A stretch of DNA of 64,000 nt from Naegleria gruberi (taxonomy: Eukaryota). A program made the position numbers and the translations under genes. The stretch lies in the NCBI GenBank assembly GCA_000004985.1, contig GG738883.1, one strand, 5' to 3'. The notes beneath the pieces are model-generated. The model did no database searches and was not told the DNA's origin. It worked only from the letters and a program-made list of their open reading frames with translations. Positions 1-13,572 of this stretch are shown piece by piece. Each line of letters opens with the position of its first letter. The stretch's first letter is position 1.

Positions 1-21
1 TCCATTGGCAAGTAGAAAAAA

Positions 22-2926
22 ATGAAGAGAAAGATAACCTCCATATCTACTTCTTCATCGCAACAAATGGAGGATGTTGTTGCAGCTACAGAATCATCAC
101 TGGAAAGTTTGAATAAGAAGATGAAACAATATTTGCAATCGGATAACAAGGTATTGGCAATTTCGGAAGTTATGGATGAAGTAAAGGAGAGTGAAGAATT
201 AATTATGATCGGAAAGGAGCAACAAGAAAATATGCCAAGTGATGACTCTCAAATTTCTATTGGATCCATTGGATCAATTTTGTTGGAGGATGAAAATTAT
301 ATTTCTGTAAAAGAGGATCAACCATACTCATCAACGGATTTCAATGATGAGAATGAAGAGGAAGTTGACCACATAAATACTATTCCTGTGGTAAATGTCA
401 AAATTAAAGAAATTAACAATGCTATGGATTTCTATGGACTACCACATTCGTGTGCTGAATTATTCAAAGAAGTCAAAGGTGTTCACAAGCTGTATGAATG
501 GCAAGAGCAGTTATTGAGTATGCCAGAACTCAGGATGGGTAAAAACGTACTGTACTCCCTTCCAACATCAGGTGGTAAAACCCTCATTGCAGAAATTCTC
601 ATGATTAGAACTTGTCAACTAATGAAAAAGAAATCCCTGTTCGTTTTGCCATATGTTTCAATATGTGAGGAAAAAACTACTACTATGGAGTTGATAAGCG
701 ACCAAATGAATTTCTTTGTTGAGGGATATTTTGCGTCTAAAGGTAAAATTCCAGTAGATCCTGGAAACCAACTCATTATTTGTACAATAGAAAAGGCAAA
801 CCTTATTTTGGATAATTTAATTCGAGAGGAAAGAATACATGAACTAGGATGTGTTGTTGTGGATGAACTTCACATGATTGGAGAAGGAGGAAGAGGACAA
901 CTTTTGGAACAATTAATATCAAAAATTTTATATATTCAAAGAGAAAAGAAAACTGTAGAAATTATTATAGACGACGAGTTAGAAAACACTACACAAACTA
1001 AGATAGAAAACATATCAATTCAATTAGTTGGCATGTCAGCCACTATTCCTAATCTCGAGCAAATAGCTCAATGGATGGATGCTGTATTATTTAAATCTGA
1101 TTTTAGACCTGTTCCTCTGAAGGAATTTTATTGTATTGGCGAGAATGTGTTTGATAAGGAGGGAAACACTGTTAGGACTCTCACCTCAATTCCTTCTGAA
1201 ATGGGAAAGGGTAAGAATGATCCTGATTTTATTACTTCTTTATGTTGTGAGGTCATTCCTGCCAAAAGTGCTCTGATATTCTGCCCAAGCAAACAATCGT
1301 GTGAAGATTGCGTAAAACATTTAACTTGTACATTACCACTTTCCAATGATTATGTCCATGAGAAGAAAGATTTAGTTGCTAACCTAAAGCTTATTGGTAC
1401 GAATGATACCAATTTATTTAATGGAATTATGTACGGAGTTGTCTATCATCATAGCTCTTTGACATCTGAGGAACGACAACTCATCGAGAATGCCTACAGA
1501 AACCATATTATTTGTGTAATTTGCTGTACAAGTACACTTGCAGCAGGTATTAACCTTCCAGCTGCAAGAGTGATCTTTAACACTCCGTATATTGGTTTCA
1601 AACAATTTTTAACAAAATCTAAATATATGCAAATGAGTGGCAGGTCAGGAAGAGCAGGTATTGACAGTTTTGGTGAGAGTTATCTTGGTAAGTTAATTTT
1701 TGAATCGGTCATCTAAGCATAATACCATAGTACTTCAGAAACAATATAAAACTCAAGTGGATGGCGGAAAGGATTTAATTGCCAAAAGACTTGAGAATGT
1801 AAATAGTTGTATTAATTTATCAGACACAGATTCTCTCAGTAGAATTTGCATGGAAATTATTTCTAGCAATCTAATTTCTTCAATGAATCAAATTGAGAAA
1901 TTTGTGGAATGTACATATTTTTCTTACCAAAATCCTTCTATGAAATCTAATTTGGTAGAAAAGTTAAACGAGGTCTCGCAACAATTGATAACAAACAATC
2001 TGTTGCAAGTATCACCAGAAAGTTTTAAATTTGAAATGACCTCACTAGGTATGGGAACGAGTAGAAGTGCTCTCACATTGAAAGAATCACTTGATCTTAC
2101 AGTAATATTACAACAAATTCAAGATGATGGAATAATAATTAGTGACGATTTACATATTCTGTACGTAATTGGTGTACCAATTGATGGAAATGGACTAATC
2201 GAGCCAAATTATGTCAAGTTGCTGAACTATTTGGAACAATGTGCAACACCACTAGAAAAAAAAATAATAGCTAGAATTGGCATTCCAGAAAATGCAATTC
2301 TTACAAAAGCAATGAACAAGTATTCAAAAATTAGTGATGCAGAACAATATACAATTAAGAGACTATACAATGCATTCATTATCAGAGATTTAATTAATGA
2401 GAGAACAAACTTTATTGACCATTGTGAAATTAAGGGAAGAGGAATGATACAACAATTAATGAGTCAAGCTTGTACCTTCTGTAGTATGGTCCAACAATTT
2501 TGTGAAACATTGGAATTTTGGCAAATTGCTAAAATTGCAAAGAAATATATTAGAAGAATCCAATACGGTGTCAAGTCAGACATAGTCGATTTGGTTCAAT
2601 TGGAAGGTGTCAAGAGAGCAGAAATTGCCAGAATTTTGAAAGAAAGCAGCTTGAGTTTAGAAATACTTTCCAAGCTTATTTCAGAATGTGAGGATGAAGA
2701 AATTCCACCCTCATTCCTAGAATTCGAAAATCCTCTTTCCCTTACTATTCACCAAAAATTACTTTCTCAAATACTTTCTCTTTCACATTGGAAAGAGGAA
2801 CAACGAACATTTATTCAAACATATTTCACAATTGAAAGGGTTGAAGCAATGGTTTACTCTGCCAAAAGAGAACTATCTAAAAAGGCCTTCTACCTTAGAC
2901 AAAAGGCCGATACATTGGACTATTGA
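22..2926 (+). CDS. HELQ/Hel308-like (POLQ-like) superfamily-2 DNA helicase. Two exons: 22..1687 and 1731..2926, with a 43-nt intron 1688..1730.
   Basis: Walker A LPTSGGKT, DExH box VVDELH, motif III SAT (GMSATIP) and helicase-C CTSTLAAGINLPA are present. The Hel308/POLQ-specific GVVYHHSSL (YHHAGL-type) motif is also present. The donor G|GTAAGT is at 1688 and the acceptor CATAG| at 1730. Splicing restores the frame (...GESYL-V-LQKQYK...) and joins the two track ORFs 22..1716 and 1700..2926. Confidence 0.85.
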
Positions 2927-3540
2927 GAGTATTTCCATTTGAAGTTTATTTTGAACGCGCGACTTGTGTAATAGTTGAGTATTGTGGACATCATCATATT
3001 AAATAGTTGAAATTGGCTGGAAGTAGGCTTACTTTCTGTGAACCAATAAATTAATAAAACAATCTTCTTCGGTGAAGTAAATTATCAACAAATAGAAATT
3101 CATGATGAAATTAATAGAGAGGAATTTTCCATTGAAGCTGAAGTGGGGTTGATGTTTTTTTTTGATCATCGATTTCGATTTTTGGCTGTTTCAATAACAA
3201 CAGGAGGGTTATTAATCTGACTCATTTCCCTCCAAAATCAGTTAACAAAAAAATTTAAAAAAAAGCATCAAATAATGGTTGTAAATGATGAATTTAAACT
3301 GATGCAATATTAAAAGATAATATTTCTCTCTCGCACTAGAAAAAGGAATTAAAAGGAAAAGCATTAAATATTGCTTACAAATAGTGGAAAATCATCAAAA
3401 CATGTGACGAATCTATTGCGGAAGATAACAACTCCACATTTTACCCGAAGGCAAAAACAAACAAACATGCCATGTTGAACTATTGCACAACCACAAGGTC
3501 TTCCCGTAGTGGCAATCGTATTGTGTTAGTCAACTAGAGA

Positions 3541-6500
3541 ATGTCAGACCATAAGTTGAAAAAAATGTTTGTTGGTAGCCCATGTCAATACCTCCTTATT
3601 GGGGTAATTGTTTTGCATGCATGCTTGTTTGCTTGTTGCTATCAACCACAGTATGACATGTCTGTTGTGGCAGGTGGTGGATCTTCAATAGGTGATGGAT
3701 TATTAGCAACACAAGCATTGTTATCAGTACCAAGTGGTGGAATTGTTTCAAATTCTGATATTATATTCTGTGATACTAATAATCATAGAATACGTAAGAT
3801 AGATGTGAATGGTATCATGTCAACTATTGCTGGTACTGGTGTTGCAAATTATTCTGGTAAGTTTATAGACTTCACATTGTTCAACAACTTTGGTCAACTC
3901 ACATGCATGTGCAATTCAAATAGGAGATGGAGGAGCCGCAGTTAATGCACAACTAAACTCACCTCAAGGAATTGGAATACTATCAACTGGTGCCATTGTA
4001 TTTTCAGATACATTAAACCACTGTATTAGAAAGATTGAAAATGGAATTATTTCAACATTAGCAGGTAATGGATCACCAGGATTGACAGGTAAGTTTTATA
4101 TGCATACACATGATCTTCTAAAAACCTTGTAGTAGTTGGATCAGCAATCAGTGCTCAATTAAACACACCAACTGCTCTAATTGTTGCAAGTAATGACATT
4201 TATTTTGCTGAAAGTGGAAACCATCTCATTAGAAGAATTAGTTCTTCTGGCATGTTAACAATCTACATTGGAGAGTCAAGTGGAACATCTGGTAGTTCTG
4301 ATACAGGTACAGCTGGAGCATCATTCAAAATGAATACACCAATGGGAATTGTTTTCCATGCAGGAAATTTATACTTTTCAGATTCCAAGAATTATAGAAT
4401 TTGTGTAACCTCTGGTGCATTGATTTCTGTTTTCAAAGCATCATTGACAAGTGAACCACTTGGATTAGCTAGTTATAATGGTAATCTGTATATTGCCATG
4501 AAGGGAAACAAGGTTTTACAAGCAAAGAATTCGAATACAATCATTGATTTTGCTGGAAGTGGAACGAGTGGATATTCAGGAGATGGAGGATTGGGTACAT
4601 CTGCTTTATTGAATGGTCCATCTGCTTTGGCTTTTGATTCGAGTGGAAATTTGCTCATTTCAGATTCTTTCAATAATAGAATTAGAAAAGTTGCAAATGG
4701 AACTATTTCAACTTTGGCTGGAAATAGCAATAGAAATTTTGGAAATGGTGTTTTGGGAACATTGGCTTCATTTTCCTCTCCAAATAGTGTTTATTATACA
4801 GGAAATGATGATTCAGCAGGTGGCATTTTGATTTCTGACACAAATAATCATGTTTTAAGAAGATTGAAAGATGGATACATTTATAATGTGATTGGAAATG
4901 TTGCAATTCCTGGAAACAACAATGGAAATGGAGTGAATGTCAATGATGCAACAGTGAATTCACCTCCATTTGTCATGAAGAGATTTGGTGATTTAATTTA
5001 CTTTTTAGATAATAATGGATGTGCATTGAGAAGAATTGAATCGAATAATGTTTTAACACTTGTGGTAGGAAGTTGCAATACTGCCAATCAAGATTATTTC
5101 CTTTCCAAATCATTTGACATTTCCAATGATGGAATTATTTATATTGCTGATTATTACAATAATAGAATTGCCAAGTTTGAGATTAATAATTCCACTTTGA
5201 CAACCCTTGTTGGACGTTCCTTAAAAGGATTCTTAGATGGAATTGGGTCGAATGCCTTACTCAACTATCCTGAAAGTCTTATTATTGGACCTGATAATAT
5301 GATTTACTTTTCAGATCGTGATAATAATGCAATTAGATCTGTGTCCACAAGTTCTGCTTTGGTTACAACTCTGGCCGGTGACAGATTTAATGGATTTCTT
5401 GGAGATGGTGGTCCAGCTAAATCATCAAGACTTGATTCACCAGGACCTATTCAGTTGACATTAGGTGGTGAGATAATTTTCATGGACAGAGGAAATCAAA
5501 GAATTAGAAAGATTACAAAATATGGAAATATTTTTACTATTTATGGAAATGGATCAACAAGTGTTTTTAAAGATGCTAATGGTTTAACACTTGGTGGAAG
5601 TGGTGAAATTTACATTGCAGATAGTGGAAACAATCTCATCAAAATGTTATCTGCTGCCAAATGTTCAAATGGAACTTTTTACAATTCTTCATCATTTGAA
5701 TGTCAATGTACAGCTGGTTTCTATGGAGAGAATTGCTTGGAATATGATTGCTCAGGAATCAATTGGAGAAACTCGTCCGTTTGTTCAGGAAGAGGTTCAT
5801 GTATTGCGAAAGAAAAGTGTTCTTGCTCTGCCAATTTCACAGGAAGTAATTGTGAAGAATACTATTGTTATGGAGTTAATTCAGTGAATAGCAGTGTTTG
5901 TTCATCCAATGGTCAATGCACAGCTCCAGATAATTGTACCTGTTCATTTGGAACATTTGGGTTGAATTGTGAAAATGCTTATTGTCAAGGAATTGTCTCT
6001 TGGAATGAAACTGTTTGTAATTCGAGAGGAAAATGCATTGGCTACAACAAGTGTACATGCAATAATGGATTTTATGGCAATAATTGTGAATTTTACAATT
6101 GTTTCGGAGTTAAAAACACTGACAGCTCAATATGTTCAGGAAATGGTATTTGTTCCAAAATTGATAATTGCACTTGTTTTGATGGATATTTTGGAAATAA
6201 CTGCTCTGATTTCAATTGTGTTGGAGAGCAGTATATTGGAAAGAACTTGTGTTTGAATAATGGCTCATGCACTGGTCCAGGTGATTGTAAATGTTTGCCT
6301 GAATGGGGTGGCAACATTTGTCAACATGTCAAATGTTTTAACAAGACAGCTGTCGATTCAAATGTTTGTTCATCACATGGTCAATGTTTGTCTTTTAATA
6401 ATTGTTCATGTGATCCAAGATGGATTGGCAGTGATTGTGGCGTGACCACTTGTTTTGGTCAATTATCAAATGATTCGAATAGAGTTTGTTCATCATATGG

Positions 6501-9500
6501 TCAATGTTTAAATCCAGATCAATGCTCTTGTAATAATGGATACAGAGGTGATGAATGTGAATATAGAGTGTGTTATGATTTAATTCACACAGATCCAAAT
6601 GTTTGCTCCTCACATGGTCAATGTGAATCACCAAATAATTGTAAATGTGAAAATGGTTTTGTTGGGGAGAATTGTCAATATCACCAAGTTTATTTAGACA
6701 TTTCAAATGCATTGATTTATTCATATTTTGATTCACTTTTAAATATTTCAACAACAATTGATGGAGGTGATCAAGTATTGTTGAGTAGTGAATGTCAAGA
6801 TTTATTCGAAAGTTCAGAATTGATCAAATTGGGAGAAGCTGATTTGATATCCTGTTATTGGACACCAAATTATTTCAAAATCAAATTGGGATATAATCAC
6901 ATGATTGAACATTTATCCACATTGAAACTGAATTCAAATTTCAATATTTCACTTCAAGTCAATTCAAATTCTTCTTTAATTTTACTCAATCAGCGAACAT
7001 TTTCCTCTTCAATGGATACTTTACTTTTATACATTCCATCCAATCAAGATTTTATCATCAAATCCAGCAGTGATGATTATTATCATACATTTAAGAAAGT
7101 TTCAAAAAGTTGGACATGTGAAAACTGTCCTCAGCCACTTGTCAATTATTTAACAAATTATGAAAATAAGAGTATGATTTTAATACCAACTTCATTGCTG
7201 AATAGCATTCCATTAGATTCTTCATATTCTAAAATTCTTTCACTTAAATATTCATCCATGAATTCAATTCAAAAATCATTGACATCAAGCGACAAGACAA
7301 GAATTGAATCTAATAAGAATTTACCTCCCTCTTTCACATGGCATGGGGATAATGTAAAGGATACACAATTTAAATGTGTTGGACATAATTGTATTATTGA
7401 AAGTTCATTGAATTCAATGAATAGTTCACTTTCATTTACATTCTCTGGATTTTTCAGTTTATTGAATTCACTCTTTTCACAAAAACAAATGTTTAGATTG
7501 GTAAATGTTTATAATAATGAATTGGTGGACAGTGAATATTCATCCAATGCACAAATAGTTGGATTTCAATTGAAAACCTATGTTTCCACTTCACTTTCTT
7601 ATTATTTCTCATATTCAACATTTGATAGATTGGATCATGTTTTGACAAATGTGAATAGAACTCTATCTCTTGATGATTCTAAATTTACAATTTCAATATT
7701 CAATCAAGATCCTTTCATTTCAAGTTTCACATTACCTGAATATTTCACATTCAATTACCAATTTTATCAAATTAATTCAATTGACAATAATTTAAGTAGT
7801 AGTGAAAAAACATTGAATATAGATGTTGAAAAATTGAATTTATCAGAAGGAATGTATTTAGTGAACTTGACACTAACAGTTTCCAAGTCATATGTCACAA
7901 TTCCATATTATTATTTTGGATTTATTCATTTTTATGCTCAATCAAATGTTCCAAAATTAACAATTGATCAATTACCTGCTATTTATCCTTCCAAAAAGGA
8001 TTTACATTTGAAAGTATTGATTCAATCATCAAGTGCAATTCAAAATTATAAATGGAAATTAAAAGAAGGTTTAGTGAAAGAAAGGAAAATAATTGGACAA
8101 TTTTTGGAAAGTTCACAATTTACTCAACTCACGTCTAATACATACAAGAGTGAAATTATAATTAATAGTCAATATTTATTGGAAGGTGAATTTATTTCAT
8201 TTGATTTTTCAGTTTCAAATATGAATGGAATGTCAAATGTTTCATTATCAACTAGAATTGATGAATCTCCAAGATTTTCATGTGAATATTTCAATTTAAA
8301 GAATGAATTTACAAATTATGCATTTGATTCACTTCTTTCCATTTCATGTTTCAATTTACCTGAAGAACCAATTTCAAGTTTTAATTTTGAATTTCATTCC
8401 ATTTATGGAAAGAGATTAAATATCATTTCCAATACATTGAAAAAGAATATCATTACAAGAATACCAATGTACTCATTTGAAGAAGGTAAAATCAATCTTG
8501 TTGTAAAATTAGTGAATAGATATGGCTCAGTTTCACAAATCTCAAAAACTATTTCAGTTTTACCTCCATTAACTATTTACAATTCACAAAATTCAATTCT
8601 ATCAAGATTTAATTATTTTAAACAATCTTTTTATAATTTGAAGTTGAATGAGCCATTGAGAATTGATACTGCTCATTCAATTTATTCCTTAATGAGTATT
8701 CTCATTCAGAACGAAACCATTTCGAATATAAAAGGACAATTAGTGAATGAATTAACAATGGATCAATTATCAACATTTAATTCATTGTTGAAAGATATGA
8801 TTAATCAATTGAAAAGTATTCAATCGTTGACATATAAGGTTGATGAAAAGATAATTCAATTGACACTTCCAATAATTTCACAAATTTATTCGATTCTGGA
8901 TAATTTATCATTGGATGAAAGTTGGATTTCAGATATTTCAAGTTGGCTTGATTGGATTTATTCTGGAATGTCAAATGCCAAACAATATTATTCAGAAATA
9001 TTATTAGAAACTGTACTTTCCACTGAACATTATTCAGAATTGAAAATTATTCAAAATATACTTTCAAAAAGATATTCTAATAGATTGGATAAACAAGAAT
9101 TAATTTCAAAATATAGAGCTCAATATTTAATGTTGACTAAACTGAACGAATCATCAGATGATTCATCTTTTGAAATTTATCAAATAGATATTGCTTCTCA
9201 ATTAAATGGCAAGTCAATTACAACAAACATCAATCAAGATATTCAAATTCAAGCCATACTTCCATCAGATTTAACAAGTCAAGTGTCAAATATTGAAGAT
9301 AATTCACAATTATTTTACTCTTCATCATTAATTTCAAATGACAAGACATTGAATAATATTTTAACAAATAGACCTATTTTGGAATTATCAATTTTTTCAA
9401 AAGATGGTTCATTGACAAGTGTGAATAATTTACAGAATCCAATTCAATTGAAATTCAAAAATTTATTTACAGATTACAAAATCTATACTAATTTATCATG

Positions 9501-10801
9501 TGTTTATTTTGATGCTTCATCAAATGGATGGTCAACCAATGGAATTACAGCCAAATCAACGATAATCAAACAAGAAAATGGAAAATTGTATTTTGAAATG
9601 GAATGTAACACAACTCACTTGTCTTTATTCTCAGTTCAAGAATATAATTTCATTTCAATTCCAGTTGTTATCAACTCAAGTCAACCTAGAAATGAAATAG
9701 ATACAAATTTAGGATTAATTCTTGGATTGGCACTTGGCATTTCTATTCCAGTTGTGTTAATGATAGTGTTTGTTATCATTATCATTGTGTTATCTGTATT
9801 TGTGTGGAAATTAAAAACTAAGAGAACACGATATGATATTGAAATGACAGGAACTGATTTTCCTGATTCGAGTATGTTCCTGACACCACTTGTTAGCGTT
9901 TCAGGAAGTTCAAATGAAAGTTTCAATCCACTTTCAAGATATTTAGATCTAGTTAGAATTGGTCAAGGAGCATTTGGCTCAGTTTTCAAAGCAATGGATT
10001 CAAAAACAAATACAATGAAAGCAATCAAAGTGATGAGATATCAAACCAATGAAGAATTGAATGGATTTATGAAAGAAGGAACTCAATTAATGAATGTCAG
10101 TCATCCAAATATTTTGAAAGTGAATGATTTCTTTATTAGTCAAGATAATTTATTGTGTATTGATATGGATTTTTATGAAAAGGGTGATTTGGTTCAATTG
10201 ACCAATGAATCTTTCATTTGCTCAGAGAAGATGTTGCTTCAAATTATTTATCAAATGTTAAATGCATTGAATTATATTCACAACTCAATGAAACTCATTC
10301 ACAGAGATATCAAACCATCAAATATTTTCATCAAATCAATCGATAATGATAATATTCAAATTGTAATTGCTGATTTTGGATTGGCAAGGGCAGATCAAGG
10401 TTCTGCTCACAAATCATATGCTGGAACTCCTTTATTTATGGTATGTTATTTATCAATACTTTGGCATGTCAATTCTAACATATATTACTGTTAACTTGGA
10501 GGAATTATAGTCACCTGAACTTGGATATGGCGGAAAGTATTATTTCAATACAGATATTTACAGTTTAGGAGTCACTCTTTATCAAATCATGACCAAAGAT
10601 ACTCAAACTTCAATTAGTCAACTATTAATCACAAAAGATAAACTTGAAGTGAATACAATTCTCAAACAAAAATTTGATGAGCGAAGAATTTACTCATCTG
10701 AAGTTATTGATTTGGTCATTTCAATGTTAGAAAAGGATTTGACAATCAGACCACAAGCAACAACTCTCCTTAGCAATCATCTTTTCAAATCATTCCAATA
10801 A
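3541..10801 (+). CDS. Giant single-pass receptor-like Ser/Thr protein kinase of about 2359 aa. Order of parts: signal peptide, multiple NHL repeats, about 10 tandem EGF/tenascin-type Cys repeats, a large extracellular region, a TM helix and an intracellular kinase. Exons are 3541..3856, 3924..4088, 4133..10440 and 10511..10801.
   Basis: The N-terminus MFVGSPCQYLLIGVIVLHACLFA is hydrophobic. Repeated NHL signatures have the form DTNNHRIRKI or SGNHLIRRI. EGF-like repeats of the form CxCxxGFxGxxC span about 5680-6690. The TM helix is LGLILGLALGISIPVVLMIVFVIIIIVLSVFVW (~9720-9810). Kinase motifs are GQGAFGSV, HRDIKPSN, DFGLAR and, after intron 3, SPELGYGGKYY...DIYSLG. The three introns have GTAAGT or GTATGT donors and TAG acceptors (3857..3923, 4089..4132, 10441..10510). 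Each restores the frame between track ORFs. Confidence 0.85.
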
Positions 10802-10836
10802 CAACAGTTATCATATTTCAGTCACTATTGAAAAAC

Positions 10837-13516
10837 TTAATTGTCATTACTTTTCTTCAACTCATTATTAACATCTTCAAGGCATTTTGTTGCCGAATGA
10901 TATTTACAATTAATCATGTCTTTCAAAACAGAACATAAACCTTCAATTTCTGTAAATGCAAAATGAGATTGCAAAATATCAACTTGCACAATGTGTGATG
11001 ACATTTTGTCGCATACAAGTCTTGAATGTCTCATCATCAGTTTAATTAAAACAACTGCCAGAGCATAAAGATCATGAGTAGGAGTAAATCTATAGTTGAT
11101 ATCTGTGGGGGTGTAGTCTGGTTTAAAATGTAAACAAGTTTTTGCATATTCAGAATTCATAATACTAGAATTATTCATGTCAATAATAACTGGTTCATTG
11201 TAATTTCTAAACATAATATTATTTACACTAATATCACAGTGAACGACATTATTGGAATGTAAACATTCAAGACCTTTCAAGCACCCAATGAAAACGTTTT
11301 GCAAGAAACACTCAAAGTTATTGCTATTGTAGGCATAGGTATGGTCAAAACAATCCAAAGGTTCCATTGCTGTAATTGTTATATTAGAACAATTCCATCC
11401 GGATACATCACTGATTCGGTTGCTAGTGTGTACATACTTATAAATACGACAAATATTTGGGTGTGAAATTGTTGTAACCAAGTTCATTGTATCAATTTTC
11501 TCTGACATTGTTTTTGAAAGTTTTACAAACACTTTCAATCCTGAATTTTTCATTAAGCCTGTTCCTATAATTTTCCTTTCATCAATTACTATATTATCAA
11601 AGTCAGATATGCCAGAACTATCTAATTGAATAACACCAGTGTTGTTAAATTCAGAATCCGTATTGTTTTCACTGCAGTTATTGTCGTTACTGTTAGTATT
11701 ATTGTCATCATTGTTATTGCTATTACTATTCAAATATTTCAATACCAAACAATATTTTGAAATCTTTTCAGTAATATAGTATAACTTGGAGTTAATTTTA
11801 AAAAGAATTAATACATCTGTCATATCTGAATGGGGATAATACAAAAGAGGGGTGTTGGACACAATGTATATCAGCCCTTGTTTGTTCCTTTTTACATGTG
11901 ATATTATGTCCATATTATTAACTATAGTTGGTTGTCTTGTTGATAGTACAAAAGAGAGTTTGTTTTGCAACCATTCTTTAACTGATTCAAACGTTGCAAA
12001 GTCTTGAATAACCAGAAATTGGAATGGATGTAACTCTTCCTTATAATCAGCAGTTAATATGTTTGTAATATCAATTCCGTCGTCATTAATATCGAAAGAC
12101 TTGGAAACTTTCAGCTCACAATGCGGGTTATTTAAATTCAAGTTGAACCAATATTTACAATTTTTGAATAAAGTAATCATAATCTCTGCAAGATCCTTTG
12201 GATTTGTAAAATCATACCACTCTGAAACATATAAATGGTATGCGGCTCTGCAGCTATTCTCTTTTGGTATAGAATTAGGGATGCATATAAGTCGAAGAAA
12301 GCAAAGTTTTGTGCCACCAGTCAAGGATCCATACATGTTAAGAACTGTATCAACTCCAAATTTATTGCGAAGCAATAACTCTTGGGACAATTCTGTTAGT
12401 GAGCTACGTAACAGTACTACAATTTTAATAAAGTCTGGATGATCGAACACCTTTGAATACTCATTTGGATTATATTCGGCATAAAAGCATCTCCATTCAT
12501 AATTTGGAAGAAAACTGTTTTGTAAGAATAATACTTTGTCTGGTTTAAAGTATGTTTGAGTGAAGTATCTTGTCACTCTAGTGTGGTTCGATAGTACTGT
12601 GTCTTTAATTTTACTAATAACAATGTTAAAGATGTTAAAAAATATCTTACCTGAATGAAGAAAGAACGTCATCAATGAAGTATGATTTTGTGAATGTCAA
12701 AAAGTTTTGGGAATTGATATTTAACTCGTTAGCTGAGAACATTTCCACAAGGACTTGTTTCAAGCAATCAATTGAATCATCTTGCTCAAGGTGAAGAGAA
12801 TTCATATCTTTCAAGCAAATAAGAGATGCAAGAAAGAACTTTTCCAAGTTTTTGTATCCAGCCCCCAATACCATATTATTTACAACCACCATATTCTTAT
12901 TGGCAGACTGAATATTTTGAGTAGTAATTCCAAGAGCTGTCAATACTATATATGAAAGAGAATAGTCAGAGAAAATCTTAACAGCCTCGCCCCAGTTCTC
13001 TTTTTTATCCTCTGGAACAACTAGGTCCTCTTTGTTATAGGCATTCACCTTATGAACTGATAAGATTTTTGGTGCTTTGAATGTTGGCAATATTGGAAGG
13101 GCTGAACGTGTATCCCTGTTGTAAAGAGAAGGCCAGAGAAATGTAGCATTGTTGTCTGTGATAAGGGCCCACACTGGCTCATTGTTTTCAAAGTTACTTT
13201 CTTCCTCAAATCCGGGAATAATGATTTTGTGCCTTTTTCTTCTTTTTCTTGTGTGTTTGCTTGGAATCAAAGTCTTTGGATCAAACGAATCATCCATCAC
13301 AGCTTCGGGAGTAACAGATGAATAACCTGTGTGGTAGTACACCACAGGGTCATCACTAGTTTCCATCATTACGACCAATTTTGTTGTTTCGTCCATGACA
13401 CTCACTATGGAAATTCCTAAAAACTCAAGCTTTTCCTTCAGAGCATCAATGCTAGGATAAAACTGAAGTGTGTACCAACAAATGTAAGCCTTACTTGGTG
13501 GATTTGGAGCAAACAT
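10837..13516 (-). CDS. Protein of about 880 aa with a C-terminal protein-kinase-like domain that is probably a pseudokinase. Exons are 12651..13516 and 10837..12613, with a 37-nt intron 12614..12650.
   Basis: The C-terminal region carries VHCDISVNNIMF, a catalytic-loop-like HxD...N, but no canonical DFG (IDMNNS instead) and a degenerate Gly-loop. The upstream ORF 12647..13516 ends in a TAA that lies inside a consensus donor CAG|GTAAGA. Splicing to TTATTAG| keeps the frame into ORF 10837..12675 (...DDVLSSF-S-KIKDTVLS...). The short intron length matches the other introns in the window. Confidence 0.6.
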
Positions 13517-13572
13517 GGTAGAAGCTTAAGGTGTTTTTATTTTATTTTTAAAAATCTTTGAGCGGGAAACCC

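Noticed and set aside
4473-6757. Multiple 60-120 aa ORFs on both strands inside the receptor-kinase gene
   Set aside because: They are nested within a long, well-supported CDS, and repetitive EGF-coding sequence generates spurious alternative-frame ORFs.
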